DNA of 42,239 nt from a virus, in the UHGV virus genome UHGV-0380056; one strand, 5' to 3'. Under the pieces are notes generated by a model. That model saw only the letters and a program-made list of their open reading frames with translations. It was not told the DNA's origin and did no database searches. This document shows, piece after piece, positions 1 through 8,014 of the stretch (positions are counted from its first letter, which is position 1; each line of letters opens with the position of its first letter). The position numbers and the translations under genes are program-made.

Positions 1-81
1 CTTGAGTGCATAACCTTCCACTACATTACTCTCTAATTTCTCCACTGTATTTAAAGCTCTAATTTCCAAATTAGTTTTCAT
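1..81 (-). CDS. prohead protease (HK97 family), N-terminal 27 codons; the gene continues in frame at the other window end (42239..41769)
   Basis: ATG at 81..79 with ATGA overlap on the portal stop. Translation is MKTNLEIRALNTVEKLESNVVEGYALK, which reaches position 1 in phase. It joins the FNTESRNLGGF... segment from the other end, matching the prohead-protease N-terminal consensus. Confidence 0.6.
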   Translation of the reverse strand, partial: MKTNLEIRALNTVEKLESNVVEGYALK

Positions 82-1228
82 TCACATGCACTTCCGTTTC
101 TTCTTTATTGTTTTTTTCCGTTCCAATCAATTCATTTCCTTCATCAATTGAATCAAGACCAAGATATTTACGTGCATCGTTTACAGTTAGTGCCTTCGCA
201 AATTCGGAATTAACTTTACCGCTTGCTACGTGACGTAATCTATCTTCTTTAGTGTCTTGCATTAATTTTTCTAAGTCTAACTCAACCTCAACACCTAATT
301 TCATATTTATTTCATCGCAGATACTGGCTTCATACATTGCAATTGTACTTGTAATATAAATGTCGTTTTGTCCTTTATCAGATGAGTTAATAAGTTCTTG
401 CCCAAACCTGTTAACTGGAATTCCCAAAACTTTTGCGATTTGTTGTGTACTAAATTTATTTGCTTGAATGAGTTTTAATACTTCTGTATTGATGCTTGAT
501 GCAGTGTACTCTTGAGTTTCATCAAGAACAATTGTGCCTCCACCATTATTGGCTGTTTCAAAACCTTCTCTGATAGTTTTTTTAGTTGCATTATCTACTG
601 CACCATTTTTTAGTTTTAGAATACCACCTGAAAATACTCCACGCGAAAAGAAGTCATTAAGTACTTTTAAGCCGTTTGTTTGTAGCTCTACCTCACTTTT
701 GAGTGCCAGCAATGGACTGCGCCCAATCCAGCCATCCAGTGTTGCCATTTTGAAGTGTAAAATATCATCAGGTTCACAGTGATACATTATTGAACCGTAT
801 GGCATGGTTACATCATAACGGTAACTACCTGTATTCATATCTTGAATTACATTGACACATTCTGTTGGAACAAATTCTAATTCACTAACTGTACCATCAC
901 CTTCACGATGAATTAAAACATAGGCATTACCTGTTAAAATTAAATTACTTACAACAGCATACATCATTGTGTAATGTGATTGGTTTTTTCTTGGTACACG
1001 ATTCAATTTGTAAAGTAAATTTTCGTCAACTTCCTTTTCTTTTCGTCCTTTGAAAGGACTTTGGGCAATATCTCCTGCAATGATATTTACTCCTGTGAAA
1101 ACGTCAGAATTCTCTAATGCTCTAACTCCTGTATAATTTGTTCCGTAAAAAGTAGTATTACCGTTTACATAATCAATAAACTGTTGTTCATTGAGTGTTC
1201 TACCTTCATTCTGTACAAAAATTCCCAT
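71..1228 (-). CDS. portal protein (HK97-like)
   Basis: 385 aa. Lies between TerL and the protease in the canonical head-module order, and its size and composition are typical of HK97-family portals. Confidence 0.8.
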   Translation of the reverse strand: MGIFVQNEGRTLNEQQFIDYVNGNTTFYGTNYTGVRALENSDVFTGVNIIAGDIAQSPFKGRKEKEVDENLLYKLNRVPRKNQSHYTMMYAVVSNLILTGNAYVLIHREGDGTVSELEFVPTECVNVIQDMNTGSYRYDVTMPYGSIMYHCEPDDILHFKMATLDGWIGRSPLLALKSEVELQTNGLKVLNDFFSRGVFSGGILKLKNGAVDNATKKTIREGFETANNGGGTIVLDETQEYTASSINTEVLKLIQANKFSTQQIAKVLGIPVNRFGQELINSSDKGQNDIYITSTIAMYEASICDEINMKLGVEVELDLEKLMQDTKEDRLRHVASGKVNSEFAKALTVNDARKYLGLDSIDEGNELIGTEKNNKEETEVHVNEN

Positions 1229-1398
1229 TAATTTACACCACCTTTACTCGCTTCAACATATAACACTACAGTTGGTATGAAAAATAATACTCCTACTACT
1301 AGGAAACCAACTGGCATATTAATTAGAAATGCTGCTGTAGCCACGCTGATAGCTCCAATAGCATAGAAAATTGCTACAATTATCGCAATAATACTCAT
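1228..1398 (-). CDS. small hydrophobic protein (56 aa; MSIIAIIVAIFYAIGAISVATAAF...)
   Basis: AAGGAG ribosome-binding site 9 nt upstream; TAATG overlap with the portal start; two predicted transmembrane segments. Below the 60-aa cutoff of the ORF track. Confidence 0.35.
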   Translation of the reverse strand: MSIIAIIVAIFYAIGAISVATAAFLINMPVGFLVVGVLFFIPTVVLYVEASKGGVN

Positions 1399-1450
1399 TT
1401 TTACACGCTCCTTATAGTCTTTATACTATTATTTTAACATAGAATATAGT

Positions 1451-1473
1451 AAAAAAGTAGGGAATATCCCTAC
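1451..1473 (-). terminator. weak hairpin plus T6 just after TerL (attenuator-like)
   Basis: gtaggga-ata-tccctac stem, followed on the minus strand by TTTTTT, 5 nt after the TerL stop. Confidence 0.3.
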
Positions 1474-1477
1474 TTAA

Positions 1478-3277
1478 TCACAGACCAAATCCAAAACTAC
1501 CAGACTCAATCAGGTCATTTAATGATAAAGCATCGAAATCGTGATACTGTGCATCTACCATACAGTTAATTATAGCATCAAGTGCATCAATTTTGTTACG
1601 ATTTATAGCTTTATCTACAGCATATGCATCATTAAACTCTCTCAATTGAGCATTATATGCTGCTCTAGTTAATAGTGGATTGTTGTTGTGCATAATTTCT
1701 TTGCGTAGAATCAAATCTCTTAAGTTTTTAGTTGGTGCTGATAGGTAATTTATTCGTTGAGGTATCTCAATTAATTTATTAGGATAAACTTTTGACAACT
1801 CAGCTACAGCTCTGTTTGCTAAAGCAGGGTCATAGTAAATACCTAACAATTCTAACTCGTTTGTTTCCACAAAGTCTTCTACCCATTGGGTCATTTGTTC
1901 TACTTCTATGATACCTTCTGGATGTTCTGACAGATGTATTAATCCCATTTGTTCATATTGCCTGTATGGTATCTTATCTATGGATGTTTTGTAATCAATA
2001 CCACCCACTGTGCTTACGAACCCATGTGAGTCCATTAAAAGTTTCCTCTCTTCATCAATTGGAACAACCCACGACACCGCAGTCATATCTGAGGTTCTGG
2101 CAATATCTAAACCAATATACACTTTCCGTCCTTTAATGTCAAATTGTTTTGGTGCTTTAATGGCATCCCACTGTTCTTTACTAACAAAACTATCTTTTGA
2201 GGATTGTACCCAGAAATTTTCTTCTTTTGTTAGCCATCCTGATAAATCCATCTTACCTTTATATTCATCAAGTGAGTTGCGTTTGTGTTCCATCATTGAT
2301 TCATACGCTTCTGGTATTTCTAATAACGGGTTTGCTTTTATCCAGTTAGCTTCATCATCCACTTCTGAGAGACTATCCATCTCCCAACACAATGCTAGAT
2401 AGGCATCTGCGTTAATCTCTTCATTCAGTAGTTTTTCAACAAATGCATAATCTATAGTAAACATAGGACCATTTAGATTCTTTGTTGCTGTGGATATCAT
2501 TAGAATTAGACCTTCTACTTGTTGTGCTTGAGATGATTCTAATACTTGAATAATTGCATCATCTTTAGCTTCACCATATTCGTCTAGGATACCACATAAA
2601 ACATCTAATCCATCTAATGTATCTGCATCACTGGACAATGGTTTAACTGTTGACTCATCGCTTGCTTCGATATCATATCTACGAATAGTGGTTCTTTTCT
2701 TAACTTCTTTTGAAACGCTACGTAATGCCGTTAGTTGAGATTTAAGCATTCTAAACACAATACCAGCTTGTTCCTTAGTATTTGCGGCTGCTACAACTTG
2801 ACGACTAGCTGCTGGATTTTTACCGAATAAAAACTCATATAATGCTATGCCTGATACCAGTAGCGACTTACCGTTCTTACGCGCTAGTGATATATATGCT
2901 TTTCTAAAACGTCTAGTGTTATCTCTCTTTTTGCGCCATCCATAGAGTAAACCAATGATGAATTTTTGGAAGGTGGCTAACTTCATAGGTTTACGACTCT
3001 TAGGGTCAGGTAGCATCTCCATAAACCTAATAATGGGAAGTGCTTCTTCTGGTCTATAAATATATGGATAGTCTGATGTTTTAGATAATTCAACTTCTCG
3101 TTTGTGGCGTTCAATAGCCTTCTTAATTTTGCTTCCTACACGAATTTCCACTTTAATTGTCTTATATTTACCATCTTCAACAATGTATTTTTTACCTTTA
3201 ACATATCCTTTTTCAATTAATTCTATATAATCTTGCACTGGGTCAAACATGTATGTACCCTCCTTTATAGTATTCAC
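1478..3277 (-). CDS. terL: terminase large subunit
   Basis: 599 aa. Immediately downstream of TerS and upstream of portal. The ATPase-plus-nuclease architecture is typical of HK97/cos-type TerL. Confidence 0.85.
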   Translation of the reverse strand: MNTIKEGTYMFDPVQDYIELIEKGYVKGKKYIVEDGKYKTIKVEIRVGSKIKKAIERHKREVELSKTSDYPYIYRPEEALPIIRFMEMLPDPKSRKPMKLATFQKFIIGLLYGWRKKRDNTRRFRKAYISLARKNGKSLLVSGIALYEFLFGKNPAASRQVVAAANTKEQAGIVFRMLKSQLTALRSVSKEVKKRTTIRRYDIEASDESTVKPLSSDADTLDGLDVLCGILDEYGEAKDDAIIQVLESSQAQQVEGLILMISTATKNLNGPMFTIDYAFVEKLLNEEINADAYLALCWEMDSLSEVDDEANWIKANPLLEIPEAYESMMEHKRNSLDEYKGKMDLSGWLTKEENFWVQSSKDSFVSKEQWDAIKAPKQFDIKGRKVYIGLDIARTSDMTAVSWVVPIDEERKLLMDSHGFVSTVGGIDYKTSIDKIPYRQYEQMGLIHLSEHPEGIIEVEQMTQWVEDFVETNELELLGIYYDPALANRAVAELSKVYPNKLIEIPQRINYLSAPTKNLRDLILRKEIMHNNNPLLTRAAYNAQLREFNDAYAVDKAINRNKIDALDAIINCMVDAQYHDFDALSLNDLIESGSFGFGL

Positions 3278-3422
3278 TTATATTATAGCACAAAAAAAGA
3301 CCCACTAGTTAGCTAGACTAGTGGGATGTTGGTGTTTATTGTCATGATATAGTCCGCATTGTTAAGAGGCGCATCATGTTCGTGTAAGAGTATTATATCA
3401 TAAAGTTTTAGTTTTGTGTAGG

Positions 3423-3881
3423 CTATCCCTCAAACATTTTTGCAAATGGGTCAAGTACTTCTTTTTCTTTCTCTGCTGGAAGAATAATTTTCATTCTTGA
3501 ATTGATTGTTAACCCAAGGTCGTTGGTTGCCGTTTTAAGCTCTTTTGAGTAGGAGTTAACAATATCAACCAATGGATTCTTTTTACCGTCTGGAGTGATT
3601 GCACCTTCCATATCTAAACGTTCCACAGCCTCTGCATACAAATATGTGTAATTACAATAGCGGATCATAGTATTCATATCTAGCTCGCTGATTGGTAAGT
3701 CGCCAATATATGAGCCAATACGTTGCCATTCATTAAATGCACCCTTCAATAATCCTGGTGGGAAGTAGCTGAAGTCTAGCTTCTCATAGTTATAAAGTAC
3801 TTCTTCTTCTTTTTCTTTTGCTTCTTTTTCTTCAATTGTTAAGTGTTTGCTAGTTGCATTCAAGAGCTTACGTGGTCTCAT
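3423..3881 (-). CDS. terS: terminase small subunit (P27-like family)
   Basis: 152 aa, positioned directly before TerL. Sequence is P27-family-like (….NPLVDIVNSYSKELKTATNDLGLTINSRMKI). Confidence 0.7.
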   Translation of the reverse strand: MRPRKLLNATSKHLTIEEKEAKEKEEEVLYNYEKLDFSYFPPGLLKGAFNEWQRIGSYIGDLPISELDMNTMIRYCNYTYLYAEAVERLDMEGAITPDGKKNPLVDIVNSYSKELKTATNDLGLTINSRMKIILPAEKEKEVLDPFAKMFEG

Positions 3882-3886
3882 AGTGA

Positions 3887-4432
3887 TTACACCTCCTTAT
3901 ATTTGAATATGTAGCCTTTTGTTTGCTTATAATTTCCGAGTAGGACTTGCCGTATGCCAGAAGGGTTTATTTTTAATCTCCTACCGCATTCATTAATACT
4001 ACGATACTCATTATACTCACCGTTTGCAATATCTATTGCAATAATGCTATTACTATTTTGAGTTTTACGTTGTGTAATTGATCGTCTATATAATGACGTA
4101 CCGTGATTAATATTTTCCTTAGATGTGACCCATTCTAAATTATCTAATGAATTATTTGTTTTATCCTCGTCAACGTGGTTTACTTGTGGTTTGTTTTCAG
4201 GATTTGGGATAAATGCTTCTGCTACTAAGCGGTGGATAGGTCGTTTTCTTTTTACACCGTTATTTGATAAGTGTACTCTTAAGTACCCATCCTTAGTTGG
4301 TATGGGTTTAAGTATCCGTTCAACTCTTAAGTTTCCTCTGCTATCATATCGTAGAAGTGCTTTAACTCTCCCAGTATTACTCACCTGATAAAGTCATTCA
4401 TATCCTTTAATATCTTTCCAAATTTCTTCCAT
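3887..4432 (-). CDS. HNH homing endonuclease (NUMOD4 + HNH_3) with an in-frame TGA at 4394..4396; the 165-aa ORF restarts at GTG 4384
   Basis: A strong AGGAGG ribosome-binding site precedes ATG 4432, giving [12 protein letters not shown], then TGA, then [11 protein letters not shown].... Its paralogues here read [27 protein letters not shown]_3 motif: [41 protein letters not shown]. Confidence 0.75.
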
Positions 4433-4488
4433 AGATAAAACCTCCTCTTTTATACTATTATAATAGCACACATAAAGGAGGTTGTCAA

Positions 4489-4674
4489 CTATTTTTGTTC
4501 GTCCGTCAATTCGATGATCTCGTAGTGACGATTACGTCCACCTAATTTCGTTTTAACATCCTTAAAATATCCACGCTTCTTTCCATAAAACTCATCAGCT
4601 TGAAATTGTGATTTAAACTTACGTGTTTGTCCTGTTGCCAAATCTTTCACGTACACTGGTTTTGGTGCAGGCAT
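4489..4674 (-). CDS. hypothetical protein (61 aa)
   Basis: ORF with a GGGAGG ribosome-binding site, downstream of a TGATATAAT extended -10 at about 4727..4737 on the minus strand. Confidence 0.45.
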   Translation of the reverse strand: MPAPKPVYVKDLATGQTRKFKSQFQADEFYGKKRGYFKDVKTKLGGRNRHYEIIELTDEQK

Positions 4675-4744
4675 TTATTCTACCTCCCTTATTGTATTGT
4701 TGAGCTAAAAGCTAACTCCCTTATACTTATAATTATATCATATA

Positions 4745-4776
4745 AAAAGAACCCTGTGTACAGAAACCAGGGTTCA
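4745..4776 (-). terminator. rho-independent terminator (minus strand)
   Basis: gaaccctg-gtttctgtaca-cagggttc hairpin, followed on the minus strand by a T5 run. Confidence 0.5.
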
Positions 4777-5013
4777 ATCTTGGTTATAGGGGGAACAATC
4801 GTATAAGTGAAATAACATACTATATATAGTATGAATCCTTGATTTTCAACACAAGAAACCAGATTTAAATCACGTTTACGAGGGGAAAATGACGTTTTTA
4901 AAAGTTGGTTTTGGGACTTTCATGCTAAGAAGAGACCTCAGCGATCCTGCTCCATGAAAAAGGTACGCCCCGTTAAAATATTTTACGCTGGTTAGAAAAT
5001 ATTTCTGGCTGAC
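4777..5013. other. ORF-free region between the packaging HNH and the terminase genes; candidate cos / terminase-recognition region
   Basis: No ORF on either strand. Contains an 18-bp perfect palindrome (4816..4833) and an imperfect 20-nt direct repeat ACA(G)AAACCAG..TT.AAATC at about 4758 and 4849. Sits in the HNH-cos-TerS position typical of HK97-like phages. Confidence 0.35.
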
Positions 5014-5403
5014 CTAAAAATTCTTGCCTCCAGTTTTCCAGCTGTAGCGATGTTCTTCTTTGTTATGACAGCTGTAACAGATTGATTCTAAATTATTCAT
5101 ATCTAATCTGTGTTCCCATCCATTTGGACTTCTTAGTTCAATAATATGATGAACCATGTCTGCTCTGGTTAACCTACCTTCATTGGCACATACCTCACAT
5201 AGAGGTGACTGCATAAGCTTAGCCTTACGAGTCTTACTCCATTGTGTGGATTTATAGAACGCATTATACTTAGCATTGAAGTCGTTACTCCTTACATGTT
5301 TATTGTACTGCTTATCTGATAAGCCTGAGTGCTTAGCACAATAGGTAGCTGGTAACTGCACTCTCTCTCTACACATTGGCGCTCCACATATTCGTTGTGG
5401 CAT
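5014..5403 (-). CDS. packaging-associated HNH endonuclease (HK97-type, needed with terminase for cos cleavage)
   Basis: C..C plus an HNH core: CEVCANEGRLTRADMVHHIIELRSPNGWEHRLDMNNLESICYSCHNKEEH. Located next to the terminase module. Confidence 0.8.
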   Translation of the reverse strand: MPQRICGAPMCRERVQLPATYCAKHSGLSDKQYNKHVRSNDFNAKYNAFYKSTQWSKTRKAKLMQSPLCEVCANEGRLTRADMVHHIIELRSPNGWEHRLDMNNLESICYSCHNKEEHRYSWKTGGKNF

Positions 5404-5450
5404 TATACTTACTCCTTTCTTCTATTATATAGTATAAGAAAAGACTACTA

Positions 5451-5654
5451 TTATTTAGTAGTCTTCTTTGTTTTACCTTTAGGTTCAATGATGTCTAAGA
5501 GTCCTTTGTCTTCTAACACCTGACGAGCAACCTTACTTGTATCTACGTTAAGTGTTAGGTCTGATGCTTTCTTAGGTGTATGGTTAATACAATACTTATC
5601 TGGTAGCTTAACTGTTTCATTACAGCCAGTGTGATTGCAGTACATATATGCCAT
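5451..5654 (-). CDS. small zinc-finger protein, a paralogue of the N-terminus of the HNH at 5014..5403
   Basis: YCNHTGCNETVKLPDKYCINHT aligns with ICGAPMCRERVQLPATYCAKHS of the HNH. Confidence 0.5.
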   Translation of the reverse strand: MAYMYCNHTGCNETVKLPDKYCINHTPKKASDLTLNVDTSKVARQVLEDKGLLDIIEPKGKTKKTTK

Positions 5655-5719
5655 TTATAATCCAACCTCCTTTAGTTTAATAGTTATACCATATAATTCA
5701 GTCATGGATAGCATTCCGT

Positions 5720-5887
5720 CTAGAATAGATAAGATGTTTTCTGTTTAACCAGTAGATCATTTGCTTTGACAATCTCAATAGCTTCCTCAAGTGTAATCTC
5801 TTTATTCGTTTTAGATGCTTCTAATTTACGATACTCTTCTAATAATTCAGTCTTGGTTAAAGATAATAATTGTTTGTCAGTCTTCAT
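5720..5887 (-). CDS. hypothetical small protein (55 aa, MKTDKQLLSLTKTELLEEYRKLEASK...)
   Basis: GGTGGA ribosome-binding site; ATGAAGACTGA overlap with the upstream ORF. Not in the ORF track because it is shorter than 60 aa. Confidence 0.3.
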   Translation of the reverse strand: MKTDKQLLSLTKTELLEEYRKLEASKTNKEITLEEAIEIVKANDLLVKQKTSYLF

Positions 5888-6035
5888 AAGTTAATTCCAC
5901 CATTCTGTCTTTAAGATATAGTAAAGCTTCATCAATATCATACGTACGTAATCCTTGTTGATAATTATCATTACATTTTTTGTCAACACAATACATGCCA
6001 GTTTCTTCATCTAACGTGATTTCAATCTTTTTCAT
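5877..6035 (-). CDS. hypothetical small CxxC protein (52 aa, MKKIEITLDEETGMYCVDKKCN...)
   Basis: AGGAGG ribosome-binding site; ATGA overlap with the stop of the 6032..6220 ORF. Confidence 0.3.
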   Translation of the reverse strand: MKKIEITLDEETGMYCVDKKCNDNYQQGLRTYDIDEALLYLKDRMVELTYED

Positions 6036-6220
6036 CTACCCTTACCTCCTAATAACCATGTCCATACGATAACCAGTTGTGCAATTGCAAAGCCCCAATC
6101 ACCTTGCTGAAATAATTGATATGGTAACTTCATGCCTAAATAGATAGCAATGTAACCAGAACCAATGATGGATACTACAACTAAAATGGTGCTCAATACA
6201 GCAAATAGTGTTTCTTTCAT
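6032..6220 (-). CDS. small membrane protein (62 aa, two transmembrane segments)
   Basis: GAGGAGGAG ribosome-binding site. First gene downstream of the leftward promoter. Confidence 0.5.
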   Translation of the reverse strand: MKETLFAVLSTILVVVSIIGSGYIAIYLGMKLPYQLFQQGDWGFAIAQLVIVWTWLLGGKGR

Positions 6221-6243
6221 TATATCTCCTCCTCTTTGTTTCT

Positions 6244-6290
6244 ATTATATCATAGATAAGGGATTGTGTGTGAACTGATTAGACCAGTTA
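6244..6290 (-). promoter_or_regulatory. leftward promoter with extended -10 (TGATATAAT) preceded by TCACACACAA
   Basis: Minus strand reads ttcacacacaatcccttatctaTGaTATAATagaaac, lying 25 nt upstream of the RBS of the 6032..6220 ORF. Confidence 0.45.
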
Positions 6291-6640
6291 GTAATGACAA
6301 AAAATAAGCCTAAAATTGTCATTTTGTCATTAATTCGCTTGTTTTTGTCATTGTTTTGTCACTAATTTTGACACCTAAAAACGCTGTATCCCTTGATATA
6401 TCTACATTCTTATTTTTACAATGACAAAATGACAAAATATTTTATATATTGATTAAAAAATAGATGTATTACATTATAATGTAGTATATAGATATATATA
6501 AAGAGTATGGCACTTTTTTTGTCATTTTGTCATTAAACTGGTCTCTTTCCTAGAGTATCAAGGGTTACAGCAATTTTTGAAACGTCATTTTAGTGTCATA
6601 TAGTGACAAAAACGCAAAATTAGTGACATTTTTAATCTTT
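6290..6640. repeat. iteron cluster: at least 12 copies of TTGTCATT / AATGACAA in both orientations (several tandem pairs), flanking an AT-rich core with a 14-bp palindrome TACATTATAATGTA (6468..6481)
   Basis: Tandem pairs: ttgtcattttgtcatt (6324..6339 and 6509..6524) and aatgacaaaatgacaaaat (6420..6438). Single copies: gtcattgttttgtcac, gtgtcatatagtgacaaaaa, tagtgacattttt. Interleaved 9-bp inverted repeats: agaccagtt (6281) with aactggtct (6536), and cccttgata (6390) with tatcaaggg (6556). Confidence 0.6.
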
Positions 6641-6644
6641 TCTA

Positions 6645-6673
6645 TTGACAATGGTCTCTAAGCATGCTATACT
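6645..6673 (+). promoter_or_regulatory. consensus sigma-A early promoter TTGACA-17-TATACT
   Basis: TTGACA 6645..6650, 17-nt spacer, TATACT 6668..6673, followed by the conserved leader taattcataaagtaagaggagg. Confidence 0.6.
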
Positions 6674-6703
6674 TAATTCATAAAGTAAGAGGAGGAAACA
6701 ACA

Positions 6704-6940
6704 ATGACAACAATGACACATGAAAAATACAACGAACTACAAAAGAAAATGGACAAACTGGTTAGCGACTTCGTAGACGAAATGGCAGAAATTGAAAGCT
6801 ATGAAGATCTTGACATGACTTCAGAATGGTTAGACGAACAAATACATAACATTTTCAGATGGGCGAATACAAATGATGAAAAAGTTCTTGCTGAACTACA
6901 CGCTGACTATTCAAAACTAAATGAGATGTTAGAATGTTAA
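6704..6940 (+). CDS. hypothetical acidic early protein (78 aa)
   Basis: First early ORF after the promoter. Rich in D/E residues (MTTMTHEKYNELQKKMDKLVSDFVDEMAEIESYEDLDMTSEWLDEQ...). Confidence 0.5.
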   Translation: MTTMTHEKYNELQKKMDKLVSDFVDEMAEIESYEDLDMTSEWLDEQIHNIFRWANTNDEKVLAELHADYSKLNEMLEC

Positions 6941-7260
6941 GTAAGTACTACACGGAAATCATGAAAATACAGCTTAGAGAGTTCAAGCGACTCTCTAAGG
7001 CTCATGATAAGGCTACTGAACGGTTAATGAAGATGAACTATCCAGACAATATGCAAAGCCACACAACGCAACGTTACTGGCAGACACACAATAAAATAGA
7101 ACAATGTGAAAAAGAAATGCGTACCATAATTGAAGAGCTAAACGAGTTGAATAAGCGCTTTCACTGGTTAGATAATTTACACCAAGAACGCTTTCATTTT
7201 CTCACTAAAGATGACGATTTATTACAATGCATTGTCACATTGATGAATGTGTACAAATAA
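6934..7260 (+). CDS. hypothetical early protein (108 aa)
   Basis: ORF overlapping the stop of the previous gene (ATGTTAA). Confidence 0.45.
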   Translation: MLSKYYTEIMKIQLREFKRLSKAHDKATERLMKMNYPDNMQSHTTQRYWQTHNKIEQCEKEMRTIIEELNELNKRFHWLDNLHQERFHFLTKDDDLLQCIVTLMNVYK

Positions 7261-7273
7261 AGGAGAAAAAAGA

Positions 7274-7450
7274 ATGATAACGTATCTTGTAATAATTAAT
7301 CTATTGGCTATGGTAGGCATTCTAGCTATCATATACATTATTGATGAGATTAAGACAGATAGAAAAATTAAAAAAGAAAAGGCGCGAAAAGAACAAATGA
7401 GAAAAGAGTTATTGGAAATCATTGATGAGATTATGGAGGAAGAAGAATGA
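7274..7450 (+). CDS. small membrane protein (58 aa, MITYLVIINLLAMVGILAIIYII...)
   Basis: AAGGAG ribosome-binding site 8 nt before ATG 7274. The 7247 start in the ORF track lacks an RBS. Confidence 0.45.
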   Translation: MITYLVIINLLAMVGILAIIYIIDEIKTDRKIKKEKARKEQMRKELLEIIDEIMEEEE

Positions 7451-7746
7451 ATTTATTAATTAAACTAATAATACTAGTTGCAATCGCAATGATTTTACAA
7501 TTTATAGCAGTATTCGCCTCTAAACTAGGTGAACAGGTGAACCGTAAAAGTATTGAAAAATTAAAGAATACCATTGCATTTCTGAAAGATTGTAGAAAAG
7601 CGGACGCAAAAGACTATCGTGAAATGTATCAAAGAGTTTTAGAAGCAAATATGAAGCTTGAAGAGATTAAAAAAGAAAATGAAGAATTGAAAAAACAACT
7701 TGACAAGCAAGACAATGTGACTTACAATTATTATATAAACAAATAG
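7447..7746 (+). CDS. membrane-anchored coiled-coil protein (99 aa)
   Basis: N-terminal transmembrane segment; ATGA overlap with the previous gene. Confidence 0.45.
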   Translation: MNLLIKLIILVAIAMILQFIAVFASKLGEQVNRKSIEKLKNTIAFLKDCRKADAKDYREMYQRVLEANMKLEEIKKENEELKKQLDKQDNVTYNYYINK

Positions 7747-7757
7747 GAGGAAAAATA

Positions 7758-7931
7758 ATGATTGGTGACTTTATTCTCTGGTTTAGACGTGTTAAGAAGG
7801 AAATGTTCTGTATACATGATTATGAGTGGCGTGACTTAACGAACAAAGAGCGTAATCTAGAAGGTAACGAACATACACTCAGCAAGCTGGTTTGTAAAAA
7901 GTGTGGGAGAGGTGACGATCCATATCGTTAA
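7758..7931 (+). CDS. small Cys-rich (zinc-ribbon-like) protein, 57 aa
   Basis: AGGAGG ribosome-binding site. Contains C..HD...CKKCG. Confidence 0.35.
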   Translation: MIGDFILWFRRVKKEMFCIHDYEWRDLTNKERNLEGNEHTLSKLVCKKCGRGDDPYR

Positions 7932-8014
7932 CTTTTGTACTACTAACTAAGTGTAACAATCAAACTAACAAAAAGTAAGCTTAGTAGTGTAATCATAACA
8001 GATGAGGAAATAAA

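Noticed and set aside
534-782. Antisense ORFs inside long genes: 534-782, 2010-2402, 4125-4388, 9590-9817, 13592-13804, 23255-23611, 28173-28639, 30700-31374, 32241-32606, 33379-36508 on the plus strand, and 37405-37656
   Set aside because: They lie fully inside well-supported genes on the opposite strand, have no ribosome-binding sites, and have low-complexity composition typical of shadow ORFs.
4394-4396. TGA read as Trp (Mollicutes-type genetic code 4) to explain the in-frame TGA
   Set aside because: Strong AGGAGG ribosome-binding sites are used throughout. No other gene needs TGA read-through. All other ORFs are intact under code 11, and the paralogues have Gly, not Trp, at this position.
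4777-5013. A tRNA or small RNA gene in the ORF-free stretch
   Set aside because: I could not find a cloverleaf with an acceptor stem or a T-loop GTTC motif by eye. The cos-site interpretation is more consistent with the flanking HNH and terminase genes.
6290-6640. A possible CRISPR array or mini-array in the repeat-rich intergenic region
   Set aside because: The repeats are 8-mers in both orientations with irregular spacing, not direct repeats of 24 nt or more separated by unique spacers. An iteron or operator interpretation fits better.
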